Shown: one piece after another, positions 15,574 through 23,713 of the stretch | Numbering within the stretch: position 1 is the first letter of the stretch | Layout: each line of letters starts with the position of its first letter | Source of the DNA: Salegentibacter sp. Hel_I_6 | GTDB lineage: Bacteria; Bacteroidota; Bacteroidia; Flavobacteriales; Flavobacteriaceae | Assembly (NCBI RefSeq): GCF_000745315.1 | Contig: NZ_JQNQ01000001.1 | Location: forward strand, 3,135,127 to 3,167,126 | Reading direction: 5' to 3' | DNA: 32,000 nt | Translations under genes and position numbers: made by a program | Notes under the pieces: generated by a model | What the model was told of the DNA's origin: nothing | What the model saw: the letters and a program-made list of their open reading frames with translations, nothing else | Databases searched by the model: none

Positions 15574-16632
15574 TTAACTCTTTTCCTCTTTATTAAAGTA
15601 AACAAGGTAATAGTACATTTGTTTCTCTTCGTCCCAGCCTTTTTCTACAAACTTATCGGCTGATTCTGCGTTTACAAAATCCATTTTAATCTGAATATGC
15701 GTATCAAGATTAATTACGCTCTTGATCTTTTTTCGCGCATCGGTTACCGCTTTGTTGGCAATGGGGAAATTAGTAAGATCTTCTATTTTATACTTAGGTG
15801 CTTTTTCGGTTTTATAATGCTGAAATTCGGGTAATAGTTCTGGATTATCAATTACTGAATTCAGAAAATTACTTTCTTCAAAATCGTCGTTTTTTGCGAA
15901 GTAATCCATACTTCGATTCATGAACATTACCTCTTCTTTTTTGTCTTCCGCAGGTAAAACCACGTCTTTAGCGAAGTTTTTACAGAAGTTAAGGTAACTT
16001 TTGGTGTTGTAATTCTCATCACGCATCACATCTACACCCAAAAAGTTCTCCAACCAGTATTTAGTATCGTACTTATTAGAATCTACCGAAAGGATTTTAT
16101 AACCTTCTTCCCGATTTTTATTAAAAATAAGCGCGCCTTTATCTAATTTATTGAGGTTGATTCCCTGCTGAACGATCATTTCTAGAATGCTGCCGTTTTC
16201 TTCAAACTGAAGGAAATCGTGTTTTAATTCAGATTTAAAAATTCCGATTCCTGAAACCTTTTCGTTATCTATTTGAAGGTTTTCGAAATAAACCACATAT
16301 ACCTCTCCGCTTTTAATATGCGGATGCGCAGATTGTTCAAACAACAAAGTGGTGATCTTTTTTGAAGCCTCATGAATGTTTGCAGGATCATCAAAAACCG
16401 CGTTTGCCAGATTGTATAATTCGTTGAATTCAAGATCGGTTTCGTGAGAAAAATTGAAGTAATTTTCTTCCTTTTCCCTAAATGGTTTTAGAAAATATTC
16501 CTTGATCAAAGGTGTGATCTCGTCATTTAACTGGTATGGTGCCGCAGAAAGAAAAATGTTCTCATTTCTACTTTTGTTCCCAACCCTATGAATAGAAAGG
16601 GACTCAATTTGCGCATTAAAAAGGTTGATCAT
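15574..16632 (-). CDS. nucleoid-associated protein, NdpA/YejK-like
   Basis: 352 aa. The N-terminal IESLSIHRVGNK motif and overall size resemble the 37-kDa nucleoid-associated protein family. Assigned from memory of the family. Confidence 0.6.
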   Translation of the reverse strand: MINLFNAQIESLSIHRVGNKSRNENIFLSAAPYQLNDEITPLIKEYFLKPFREKEENYFNFSHETDLEFNELYNLANAVFDDPANIHEASKKITTLLFEQSAHPHIKSGEVYVVYFENLQIDNEKVSGIGIFKSELKHDFLQFEENGSILEMIVQQGINLNKLDKGALIFNKNREEGYKILSVDSNKYDTKYWLENFLGVDVMRDENYNTKSYLNFCKNFAKDVVLPAEDKKEEVMFMNRSMDYFAKNDDFEESNFLNSVIDNPELLPEFQHYKTEKAPKYKIEDLTNFPIANKAVTDARKKIKSVINLDTHIQIKMDFVNAESADKFVEKGWDEEKQMYYYLVYFNKEEKS

Positions 16633-16646
16633 ATATGTTATATTTT

Positions 16647-16870
16647 GTCATTTCCGTCTCGATAAAAAATCGGGATAAACTGCGGCGGAAATCTATTTTT
16701 TAGTTTTTTAATTGTCATTGCGAGGCACGAAGCAATCTGTCAGATTGTGGTAATTTAAGTTGAAGATTACTTCACTCCGTTCGTAATGACGATCCTTATT
16801 GATATGAACGACTTAGATCCTGAAATAAATTCAGGATGACGATAAACCAGTTTCCCGAAACAAATTCGGG
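16647..16870. repeat. cluster of six hairpin elements filling a 253-bp spacer
   Basis: 16647-16693 gtcatttccg[tctcgataaaaaatcgggataaact]gcggcggaaatc (nested); 16714-16737 gtcattgcgaggcacgaagcaatc; 16765-16791 minus-oriented gattacttcactccgttcgtaatgacg; 16816-16841 gatcctgaaataaattcaggatgacg; 16852-16870 tcccgaaacaaattcggga. A further aattgc-ttc-gcaatt hairpin follows at 16873-16887. Confidence 0.8.
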
Positions 16871-16885
16871 ATAATTGCTTCGCAA

Positions 16886-17395
16886 TTAATTCCAATTTTC
16901 ATCAAAAGAAAGATCGTCGTAATCGTTGGTGTTGAATCCCTGGTCAAACATATCTCCGCCACCTGCGTCTTCATCGTCCTCACCTACAAAATCCTTGTCT
17001 GGAGCATTATCTGGAAGTTGACCGTGAACAAACATAAGGTTTGGGTAGTCCCTTCCTGCTTCAATTTCACCCACCTGAGCTAACTCAATTAAGAAAGTCC
17101 ACATCTTCAGGAAGTCGTAAATATAGATTATATTTCTATTCTCTTCATCTAAAATAGATTCGAGACTGGTCTCGTTCATTAGGCGCACTTCACCACCCAT
17201 ATCAAACTGAGAAAACTCTTCACCCTGTTCCCATTTTTCGTCACTTAAATAGAAAGAAGCCATCTCAGTACCATCAAAGCCGAAGGACTGTAAAATGGTG
17301 TTATGCAGATCTTCCAGCGTGTTTTCCTGCAGTATTTCTATATCTCTAAATACATCTTCCTCAGCATCAAGAATTACTCTAAATCGGTAAACCAT
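16886..17395 (-). CDS. pRiA4b ORF-3-like (PRiA4_ORF3 family) protein with acidic tail
   Basis: 169 aa. N-terminal VYRFRVILDAEEDVFRDIEILQENTLEDLHNTILQSFGF matches my memory of the family pattern (YRFRV..L....WR.I.V....TL..LH..IQ). Confidence 0.6.
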   Translation of the reverse strand: MVYRFRVILDAEEDVFRDIEILQENTLEDLHNTILQSFGFDGTEMASFYLSDEKWEQGEEFSQFDMGGEVRLMNETSLESILDEENRNIIYIYDFLKMWTFLIELAQVGEIEAGRDYPNLMFVHGQLPDNAPDKDFVGEDDEDAGGGDMFDQGFNTNDYDDLSFDENWN

Positions 17396-17419
17396 AGTAT
17401 CAAATTTTAAAGGGCAAAG

Positions 17420-18445
17420 TTACAAAGTTTTGAACTTTCTGCCCGCGGCAAAGCTTTCCAATAATAAATAAAATTGAAATCCGAACAATACGGCGGCTAT
17501 AACTAAATGAAGAGGTTGGGAGGTAAACGGAAATTCAAAATTATACATTGCTATTCCTGTGGCAATCTCCAGAAAAATTAGCAGCATGACCCAGTTTATC
17601 TTCCCGAATTTAAGCTGAAGTTTTCGGTTTTTCCACCAGAGTACAAGGTTTACAAGTAGGACCAGGATAGAAAAGCTACGATGTATATAAAAATTTAAAT
17701 CAGGATTGGCGAGCCAAAGTTCTTTCGCATCATAACCTAGCATTTTTACCTGTTCATCTACTAATTGTCGTACTTGCGTTCCTAAAACAACTTGAATGAG
17801 TGTTAAGGCAACTGCCAGGATCATTAAATTTTTAAAGCTGTTATTATGAATTTTATCCTTTACTTTTTCTTCGGCAAGGAAAAGTAAATAAAGTAGCAGG
17901 GCCACAATTACCAGCGCCATTACCATATGGATGGTAATTCTAACCGGCGATAAGACCGAATAAACTACGGTTGCGCCAAGCCAGGCCTGGAATCCCATAA
18001 GAAAAACCGATAGCCACGAGAGCAAAGTAATTCGTTTTCTTTTTTTCCATTTTTTAAAGGAAAGCACGGCCATTATGAGCACAGCAAAGCCAGCTAAAGC
18101 TCCGGCAAGCCTGTTTATATATTCAACCCACGTATGCAGTGGATTAAAAATGGCGTAATCGTGTTTCTCATAATTTCTCCAGTCTGCTTCGGAATAGTTT
18201 TCTGCAGAAGTAAAATCGGTTTCGGCAACTTTTAGGGTTTCATCAACGATAATTACCTGGCCTTTTTCATACTCGCGGTTAGCCTGAAACTCCAGTTCAG
18301 AAACTTCTGTTGGAGGAATGTAATAACCGAAACATTTTGGCCAATCCGGGCAACCCATTCCGGAGCCCGTCATTCTTACCACGGCACCGGCAACAATAAC
18401 CAGGTAAACCAGGATCAGGGAAATTTTAACCGATTTTCTATACAT
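17420..18445 (-). CDS. ctaA: heme A synthase (COX15/CtaA family)
   Basis: Multi-span membrane protein with VRMTGSGMGCPDWPKCFG. The track start (GTG 18487) lies inside the heptamer array. I prefer the ATG at 18445 (MYRKSVKISL...). Confidence 0.85.
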   Translation of the reverse strand: MYRKSVKISLILVYLVIVAGAVVRMTGSGMGCPDWPKCFGYYIPPTEVSELEFQANREYEKGQVIIVDETLKVAETDFTSAENYSEADWRNYEKHDYAIFNPLHTWVEYINRLAGALAGFAVLIMAVLSFKKWKKRKRITLLSWLSVFLMGFQAWLGATVVYSVLSPVRITIHMVMALVIVALLLYLLFLAEEKVKDKIHNNSFKNLMILAVALTLIQVVLGTQVRQLVDEQVKMLGYDAKELWLANPDLNFYIHRSFSILVLLVNLVLWWKNRKLQLKFGKINWVMLLIFLEIATGIAMYNFEFPFTSQPLHLVIAAVLFGFQFYLLLESFAAGRKFKTL

Positions 18446-18478
18446 ATTTTTAAGTTGAAAGTTAAAAACATAAACTTC

Positions 18479-18541
18479 ACTACTCACTACTCACTACTCA
18501 CTACTCACTACTCACTACTCACTACTCACTACTCACTATTC
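18479..18541. repeat. heptanucleotide tandem repeat, 9 copies of ACTACTC (last copy ACTATTC)
   Basis: Read directly: eight perfect ACTACTC units plus one variant. On the minus strand these are GAGTAGT units. The array lies between the cca-like stop (18529-18531) and the ctaA start. Confidence 0.95.
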
Positions 18542-19953
18542 ACTGATAATCCCAATTCTCTTCCTTTCTTAAGCATTAAATTCCTCGCAGCTTCATGTTC
18601 GTTTGGAATTTCCCCTTCAAGAATTGCTTCTTTAATGGTGTCTTTAATAATACCGATTTCACGGGAAGGTCTTATATTAAAAGTTTCCATAATTTCTTCA
18701 CCGGTAACCGGAGGTTGGAAATTACGAACGTGGTCACGTTCTTCCACCTCTTTCATTTTGGTGCGGACCACTTTAAAATTATTATGGTATTTCTTAAATC
18801 GATTCGGATTTTTCGTGGTGATATCAGCTTCGCAAAGCGTCATTAAATCTTCAATATCTTCCCCAGCGTCAAAAATAAGTCGGCGTACGGCAGAATCGGT
18901 TACGTCGTTGTCCACAATAGCAATTGGCCGCGAACTCATTAAAACCAATTTCTGCACATATTTCATCTTGTCATTTAATGGGAGACGAAGCCGTTTAAAT
19001 AGTTTAAAAACCATTTTTGCGCCAACAAACTCGTGCCCGTGAAAAGTCCACCCAATTTTCTTGTGAAACTTTTTAGTAGGAGCCTTACCAATATCATGCA
19101 ATAAAGCAGCCCAGCGCAGCCAAAGATCACCAGTATTTTCCGCGATATTATCTACCACTTCTAAAGTATGCCAAAAATTATCTTTGTGCTTTTGGCCTTC
19201 AATTTCGTCAATACCTTCCAGAGCAGTAAGCTCCGGTAAGATGATAGGAAGTAATCCGGTTTTATGTAGTAGCGAAAAGCCTTTTGAAGGTTTTTTGGCC
19301 AGCATTATTTTATGCAGCTCGTCGGTAATTCTTTCTTTAGAAATAATCTTGATGCGTTTCTTATTTCTTGTAATCGCATCTAAAGACTCTTTTTCAATCT
19401 TAAAATTTAGCTGTGTCGCAAAGCGAATAGCACGAAGCATTCGCAATGGATCATCAGAATAAGTAATATTGGGATCCAGTGGGGTTTTGATGATTTTAGA
19501 ATTTAGATCCTCAATTCCGTCAAAAGGATCTAAAAGATTTCCGAAGTTATCTTCATTCAAACCAAGCGCCAGTGCATTTATGGTGAAATCGCGCCGATTT
19601 TGGTCGTCTTCCAAACTGCCGTCTTCCACAATAGGTTTGCGACTATCTTTTTGATAACTTTCTTTACGTGCGCCCACAAACTCGATTTCCATATCAAAAG
19701 CACGCAGCATTGCCGTACCATAGTTTTTGAAAACCTGGACTTTGGGTTTGTGCGGAAGTATTTCTGCAACTTTTTTCGCAAGTTCAATGCCGCTTCCTAC
19801 CGCAACAATGTCAATATCTTTGGGTTCTCCTCGCTGTAAGATATGATCGCGAACAAAGCCTCCAATAACATAGCTTTCAAGTTTTATTTCCTCCGAGGCC
19901 TGGGTAATGACCCTGAATATATTGTGCGATAAAGCGCCTTTATAATTCTTCAC
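18529..19953 (-). CDS. CCA-adding enzyme / poly(A) polymerase-family tRNA nucleotidyltransferase with HD domain
   Basis: 474 aa. GGFVRD, DIDIV and RRDFTINAL motifs in the nucleotidyltransferase head. HDIGK in the C-terminal HD domain. Confidence 0.85.
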   Translation of the reverse strand: MKNYKGALSHNIFRVITQASEEIKLESYVIGGFVRDHILQRGEPKDIDIVAVGSGIELAKKVAEILPHKPKVQVFKNYGTAMLRAFDMEIEFVGARKESYQKDSRKPIVEDGSLEDDQNRRDFTINALALGLNEDNFGNLLDPFDGIEDLNSKIIKTPLDPNITYSDDPLRMLRAIRFATQLNFKIEKESLDAITRNKKRIKIISKERITDELHKIMLAKKPSKGFSLLHKTGLLPIILPELTALEGIDEIEGQKHKDNFWHTLEVVDNIAENTGDLWLRWAALLHDIGKAPTKKFHKKIGWTFHGHEFVGAKMVFKLFKRLRLPLNDKMKYVQKLVLMSSRPIAIVDNDVTDSAVRRLIFDAGEDIEDLMTLCEADITTKNPNRFKKYHNNFKVVRTKMKEVEERDHVRNFQPPVTGEEIMETFNIRPSREIGIIKDTIKEAILEGEIPNEHEAARNLMLKKGRELGLSVNSE

Positions 19954-20026
19954 TATTGTAATTTCTTTTGAAACTTCCAGGTATCATTATATGCTCTAAT
20001 GATGTTAGAAGTTTTTATCTTTTCTA

Positions 20027-20043
20027 GCCACGAATACACAAAT
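20027..20043. repeat. left arm of the 17-nt inverted repeat bracketing the GxxExxY gene (gccacgaatacacaaat)
   Basis: 16/17 complementary to 20419-20435. Ends 2 nt before the stop codon at 20046-20048. Confidence 0.85.
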
Positions 20044-20045
20044 TT

Positions 20046-20417
20046 TTATAGCACAATTCTTTTATGGTCTAGTAAATCCTTGTGGAAGTTTGCTAATGCT
20101 AACCTGTTTTCTGAAACCTTTAAATAATTAATACACTGCGCTATATGCTTATCGTGAATATTATCAACAGATTTTATTTCTAAAATTATTTTATCAAAAA
20201 GAATGAAATCAGCATAAAACTTGTGACTAAGAATAGTTCCTTTATAAGAAACTGAGTATTCTTTTTCTCTTTCAAAAGGAATATTCAGCGAACTAAACTC
20301 CAGTTCTAATGCATCTTTATAAACTATTTCAGAAAATCCACTGCCTAAATAATTATATACATTGAATAATGCTCCAACAATGGCATAACTTTCGTCTTTA
20401 TATATAATATCGGCCAT
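20046..20417 (-). CDS. GxxExxY protein (PD-(D/E)XK nuclease-like small protein)
   Basis: 123 aa. GFSEIVY matches the GxxExxY signature, and ADFILFDKIILEIK resembles the D...E.K nuclease-core motif of this family. Confidence 0.85.
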   Translation of the reverse strand: MADIIYKDESYAIVGALFNVYNYLGSGFSEIVYKDALELEFSSLNIPFEREKEYSVSYKGTILSHKFYADFILFDKIILEIKSVDNIHDKHIAQCINYLKVSENRLALANFHKDLLDHKRIVL

Positions 20418-20418
20418 A

Positions 20419-20435
20419 ATTCGTGTATTCGTGGC
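20419..20435. repeat. right arm of the inverted repeat (attcgtgtattcgtggc)
   Basis: Reverse complement is gccacgaatacacgaat. Begins 2 nt upstream of the ATG at 20417-20415. Confidence 0.85.
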
Positions 20436-20443
20436 AGAATAAT

Positions 20444-21022
20444 CTATTTCCTAATCACTTTTACCTTCCCATCGTTACTTAATTTAATGATGGCGGAGGG
20501 TTTAGCCGATTTTTTATTTTTTTGCAAATTTACTACATAGTCCACACCCTCTAAAATTTCGGGGCTAATTTCGTCGAAAGATCCGGGTGTTTTTTCACCG
20601 CTAATGTTGGCCGAGGTAGAAACGATAGGTTTTCGAAATCTTTTTGCCAAATCATTGCTGAATTTATCTTTGGAAACTCTAATTGCCAAAGAATTATCGG
20701 CGGCGATCAGGTTTTCGGCTACGCGAATAGGATCGTCGTAAATAATTGTAGTAGGTTTTTTCGCAAATTTGAGAATATCGTAAGCTACTTCAGGAACATC
20801 TTCTACAAATTGATTCAGCATTTTATAGTCTGAAACCAGGCAAATAAGCGCCTGACTTTCCTTACGTTTTTTAAGCGCATACACTTTTTCTACGGCTCCA
20901 GCATTTGTGGCATCACAGCCAATTCCCCAAACCGTATCGGTAGGGTAGAGTATAAGTCCGCCACGTTTTAGGGTTGCAAGGGCGTTTTGCATTTCGGTTT
21001 TAATATCTTCCATAAAGGACAT
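20444..21022 (-). CDS. tsaC: L-threonylcarbamoyladenylate synthase (YrdC/TsaC family)
   Basis: 192 aa. LILYPTDTVWGIGCDA and SANISG motifs of the YrdC/Sua5 domain. Overlaps the upstream glycosyltransferase gene by 23 nt. Confidence 0.85.
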   Translation of the reverse strand: MSFMEDIKTEMQNALATLKRGGLILYPTDTVWGIGCDATNAGAVEKVYALKKRKESQALICLVSDYKMLNQFVEDVPEVAYDILKFAKKPTTIIYDDPIRVAENLIAADNSLAIRVSKDKFSNDLAKRFRKPIVSTSANISGEKTPGSFDEISPEILEGVDYVVNLQKNKKSAKPSAIIKLSNDGKVKVIRK

Positions 21023-22115
21023 TTTTGTATTCTTGAAGTGTTTGTTGGGCCATTCGTTTTGTGGTAAAATTTTCTAAAACTTTTTGATACCCGTTTTCGG
21101 CAAAACGAGAAATTAGTTCCCGATTTTTATTTAAAAAAAGCAGATGTTCAGCTAATTTTTCAGCATTAAAAGCATCGGCTAGCAGCCCGTTTTCCATATG
21201 GGTCACAATTTCGGGAATTCCCCCCACATTTGTAGCGATTACCGGAGTTTTATGATAGAAAGCTTCATAAATTACATTGGGAACCCCTTCAGATTTTGAA
21301 CTTAGCAGCAAAAAATCTAACTGCGGAATTAATAAGGATGCATTTTCTATAAATCCTAAAAAGCTAATATAAGTTTCTAAATTGTTTGATTGAATCTTAT
21401 CAATTAATTGCGAGGTTTCAGATGAAAAGTGGCCTATTTGTACAAAATGAAATTTCAGCTTTTGTTTTTTTTGAATAATTTTTTCAGCAGTATTTATAAA
21501 GGTATTTAAATCTTTAGCGGGAATATGATTGCCAATATTTCCTACAAGGATCATTTCTTTATCGATGCCGAGTTGCTCACGAAGATTAATTTCTGCAGTA
21601 GTATTTTTTTGCTTTTCAATACTAATTCCGTGGTAAATCGTTTTTAGGCGGTTGTGATCTGTGATCGATTTACCTGCAATTTCCCGTGTTTTTTTAGAAA
21701 CACATAAAATGCGTTTTATTTTGGGATAATTGTATTTATAAAGTGTTTGCTTCCTGTTTTTAATAGGGAACGAGGTTTTTTTGCTAAAAACCATTTTCGG
21801 TAAATTCAAAAACTTATCTGCCAAAACTACTAGCGAAAGGGCTTTGGGATCGTGAATATGAATAAGATCTATTTTATGATTTTTGCAAATCTCTCTAATT
21901 TTTAAGCTATAACGAAGGTCGAAATTAAAGCTAAGCGGAGCAGTTTTGAAATTGAGGTTAGTATTCTTCAGCCTTTTATGAAACAAACCACCTTTAACAC
22001 ACAAAATGATATTTTCTACTTCAGGAAAATCACTTTTGAATTCTTCACAAAGCAATTCGATTTGGTTTTCACCGCCTCCCCAACTTTTTACTGCCGATAT
22101 GTGAAGGATTTTCAT
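21000..22115 (-). CDS. glycosyltransferase family 4
   Basis: 371 aa. N-terminal ISAVKSWGGGENQ and C-terminal SEGVPNVIYEAFYHKTPVIATNVGGIPE (E-x7-E type GT4 motif). Confidence 0.85.
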   Translation of the reverse strand: MKILHISAVKSWGGGENQIELLCEEFKSDFPEVENIILCVKGGLFHKRLKNTNLNFKTAPLSFNFDLRYSLKIREICKNHKIDLIHIHDPKALSLVVLADKFLNLPKMVFSKKTSFPIKNRKQTLYKYNYPKIKRILCVSKKTREIAGKSITDHNRLKTIYHGISIEKQKNTTAEINLREQLGIDKEMILVGNIGNHIPAKDLNTFINTAEKIIQKKQKLKFHFVQIGHFSSETSQLIDKIQSNNLETYISFLGFIENASLLIPQLDFLLLSSKSEGVPNVIYEAFYHKTPVIATNVGGIPEIVTHMENGLLADAFNAEKLAEHLLFLNKNRELISRFAENGYQKVLENFTTKRMAQQTLQEYKNVLYGRY

Positions 22116-22148
22116 TCGCTCTGTTCTCTTTATTCCTATAGCTATAGC

Positions 22149-22156
22149 TATATTTG
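22149..22156 (+). promoter_or_regulatory. candidate -7 promoter box for the 22200 gene
   Basis: TAtaTTTG matches TAnnTTTG, 44 nt upstream of the ATG at 22200. Confidence 0.35.
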
Positions 22157-22199
22157 CAAAAGTATAGTAGCCTAAATTTTAGGTTAGGGTTTCATATTT

Positions 22200-22952
22200 A
22201 TGAGTGCAAAAATAGTAATTTACACAGCGATCTTTGGTAATTATGAAGGACTTATCCCGCAGCCTAAATTTACGGGCGTGGATTATATTTGTTTTACAGA
22301 CCAGCCTATAAAATCTACCTCCTGGAAAGTAGTTGAGGTTCCTGCTCAATTTGAAAATCCAGTGCTTAACGCCCGCCATTATAAAATTTTGTCCCATCGT
22401 TTTTTGAAACAATATGAAATTAGCGTGTATATAGATGGTAACTTTTTAATACTTCAAAATCCTGAAAAACTTATTGAGAATAAGCTGAAGGAAGATAAGG
22501 TTCTGGCCTTTTTTGATCATAATAAAGCAGACGATGCCAGGGATTGTATCTACCAGGAATATGAAGCTTTACTTCAGTTAGAAAAAGAAAAAGGTTATTT
22601 TAAAGACGATCCGCAAGCTATGAAACGCCTTATAGATTTTCTTCGGCAAGAAAAATACCCTGAAAATTTTGGTTTAATTAGCTCAGGAGTATTAATAAGA
22701 AAACATCAGGATATTAAATTGCAGAAGTTGATGGAGGACTGGTGGTACTATGTGGAAAATTACACAAATAGAGATCAATTGAGTTTCAATTATGTGCTCT
22801 GGAAAAATAATTTTAAAAAATATACCTTTCTTGATGGTGACATAAGAAGAGGTAATGGATGGTTTTACTTTTTAGGCCATCACAAAAAGAATTATAAATT
22901 CAAGCTGTTAAAATTTAAATTGAAGCGCTTTTTTAGAACAATAAAATTATAA
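22200..22952 (+). CDS. DUF616-like putative glycosyltransferase
   Basis: 250 aa. IVIYTAIFGNYEGL...DYICFTDQP resembles the N-terminal pattern of DUF616 proteins found in polysaccharide loci. Confidence 0.6.
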   Translation: MSAKIVIYTAIFGNYEGLIPQPKFTGVDYICFTDQPIKSTSWKVVEVPAQFENPVLNARHYKILSHRFLKQYEISVYIDGNFLILQNPEKLIENKLKEDKVLAFFDHNKADDARDCIYQEYEALLQLEKEKGYFKDDPQAMKRLIDFLRQEKYPENFGLISSGVLIRKHQDIKLQKLMEDWWYYVENYTNRDQLSFNYVLWKNNFKKYTFLDGDIRRGNGWFYFLGHHKKNYKFKLLKFKLKRFFRTIKL

Positions 22953-22954
22953 TT

Positions 22955-23713
22955 ATGAAAATCTATATTTCTCCTCATTATAAAATTTCTAAAGAGAATA
23001 TAGAGAACCTTTTGTCTAATTTTAAAGAAAATGGCCAGCTTCTTTTTGAAGGTAGCAGGAACGAAATTAAAGTGGTTGAATGCGAGGATAGGGATTTGAA
23101 TATAAAAGCTTTTAAACCTCCTAATTTTGTTAATCGCTATATGTATGTGACCCTACGAAAATCTAAAGCTCAGCGCTCTTTTGAATATGCTCATAAACTT
23201 TTAGAAACAGGAGTGGGTACTCCAAGGCCCGTAGCTTATGCCGAAACAATAAAAAATGGAGCTTTGGATAAGAGCTTTTATATTAGCGAGCATTTAGAAT
23301 ATGAACTTACCTTTAGGGATCTTGATTTAGCTAAAGAAGGTCACGAAGCTATTTTGAGGGATTTTACCAGATTCACATATTATCTTCACGAAAATAAAAT
23401 AGAATTTTTAGATCATTCTCCGGGTAATACCCTTATTAAAACACCTAAAGGAAAGGCTGAATTTTATCTGGTAGATCTTAATAGAATGAACTTCAGGACT
23501 CTTAGCTTTGAAGACAGAATGAATAATTTTTCTCGTTTAAGTCAGGATGTGGAGATTTTTAAGGTTATGGCTAATGAATATGCCCTGAAAATTGATAAAT
23601 CCGAAGAAGAAGTGCTTGAAAAAATGCTGTATTACAATAATCGCTTTTTTGAACAGCGAAGCAGGAAAAGACGTTTTAAGAATAAATTGAAAAAAATAGC
23701 TGGATTCAGTTAA
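22955..23713 (+). CDS. lipopolysaccharide kinase (Kdo/WaaP/InaA) family protein
   Basis: 252 aa. IKAFKPPNFVNRYMY...RSFEYAHKLLETGVGTPRPVAY and HSPGNTLI...LVDLNR look like a kinase catalytic loop and metal-binding motif of the LPS-kinase family. Confidence 0.7.
   Translation: MKIYISPHYKISKENIENLLSNFKENGQLLFEGSRNEIKVVECEDRDLNIKAFKPPNFVNRYMYVTLRKSKAQRSFEYAHKLLETGVGTPRPVAYAETIKNGALDKSFYISEHLEYELTFRDLDLAKEGHEAILRDFTRFTYYLHENKIEFLDHSPGNTLIKTPKGKAEFYLVDLNRMNFRTLSFEDRMNNFSRLSQDVEIFKVMANEYALKIDKSEEEVLEKMLYYNNRFFEQRSRKRRFKNKLKKIAGFS

Noticed and set aside
18455-19042. 195-aa plus-strand ORF beginning with repeated TTHYSLL
   Set aside because: The repeat peptide is just the heptamer array read in frame (3 x 7 nt = 21 nt). 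The remainder is antisense to the well-supported cca-like gene. The other antisense ORFs at 18595-18846, 19184-19462, 19469-19654 and 19600-19839, and the same-strand out-of-frame ORF 19578-19787, are rejected for overlapping that gene.
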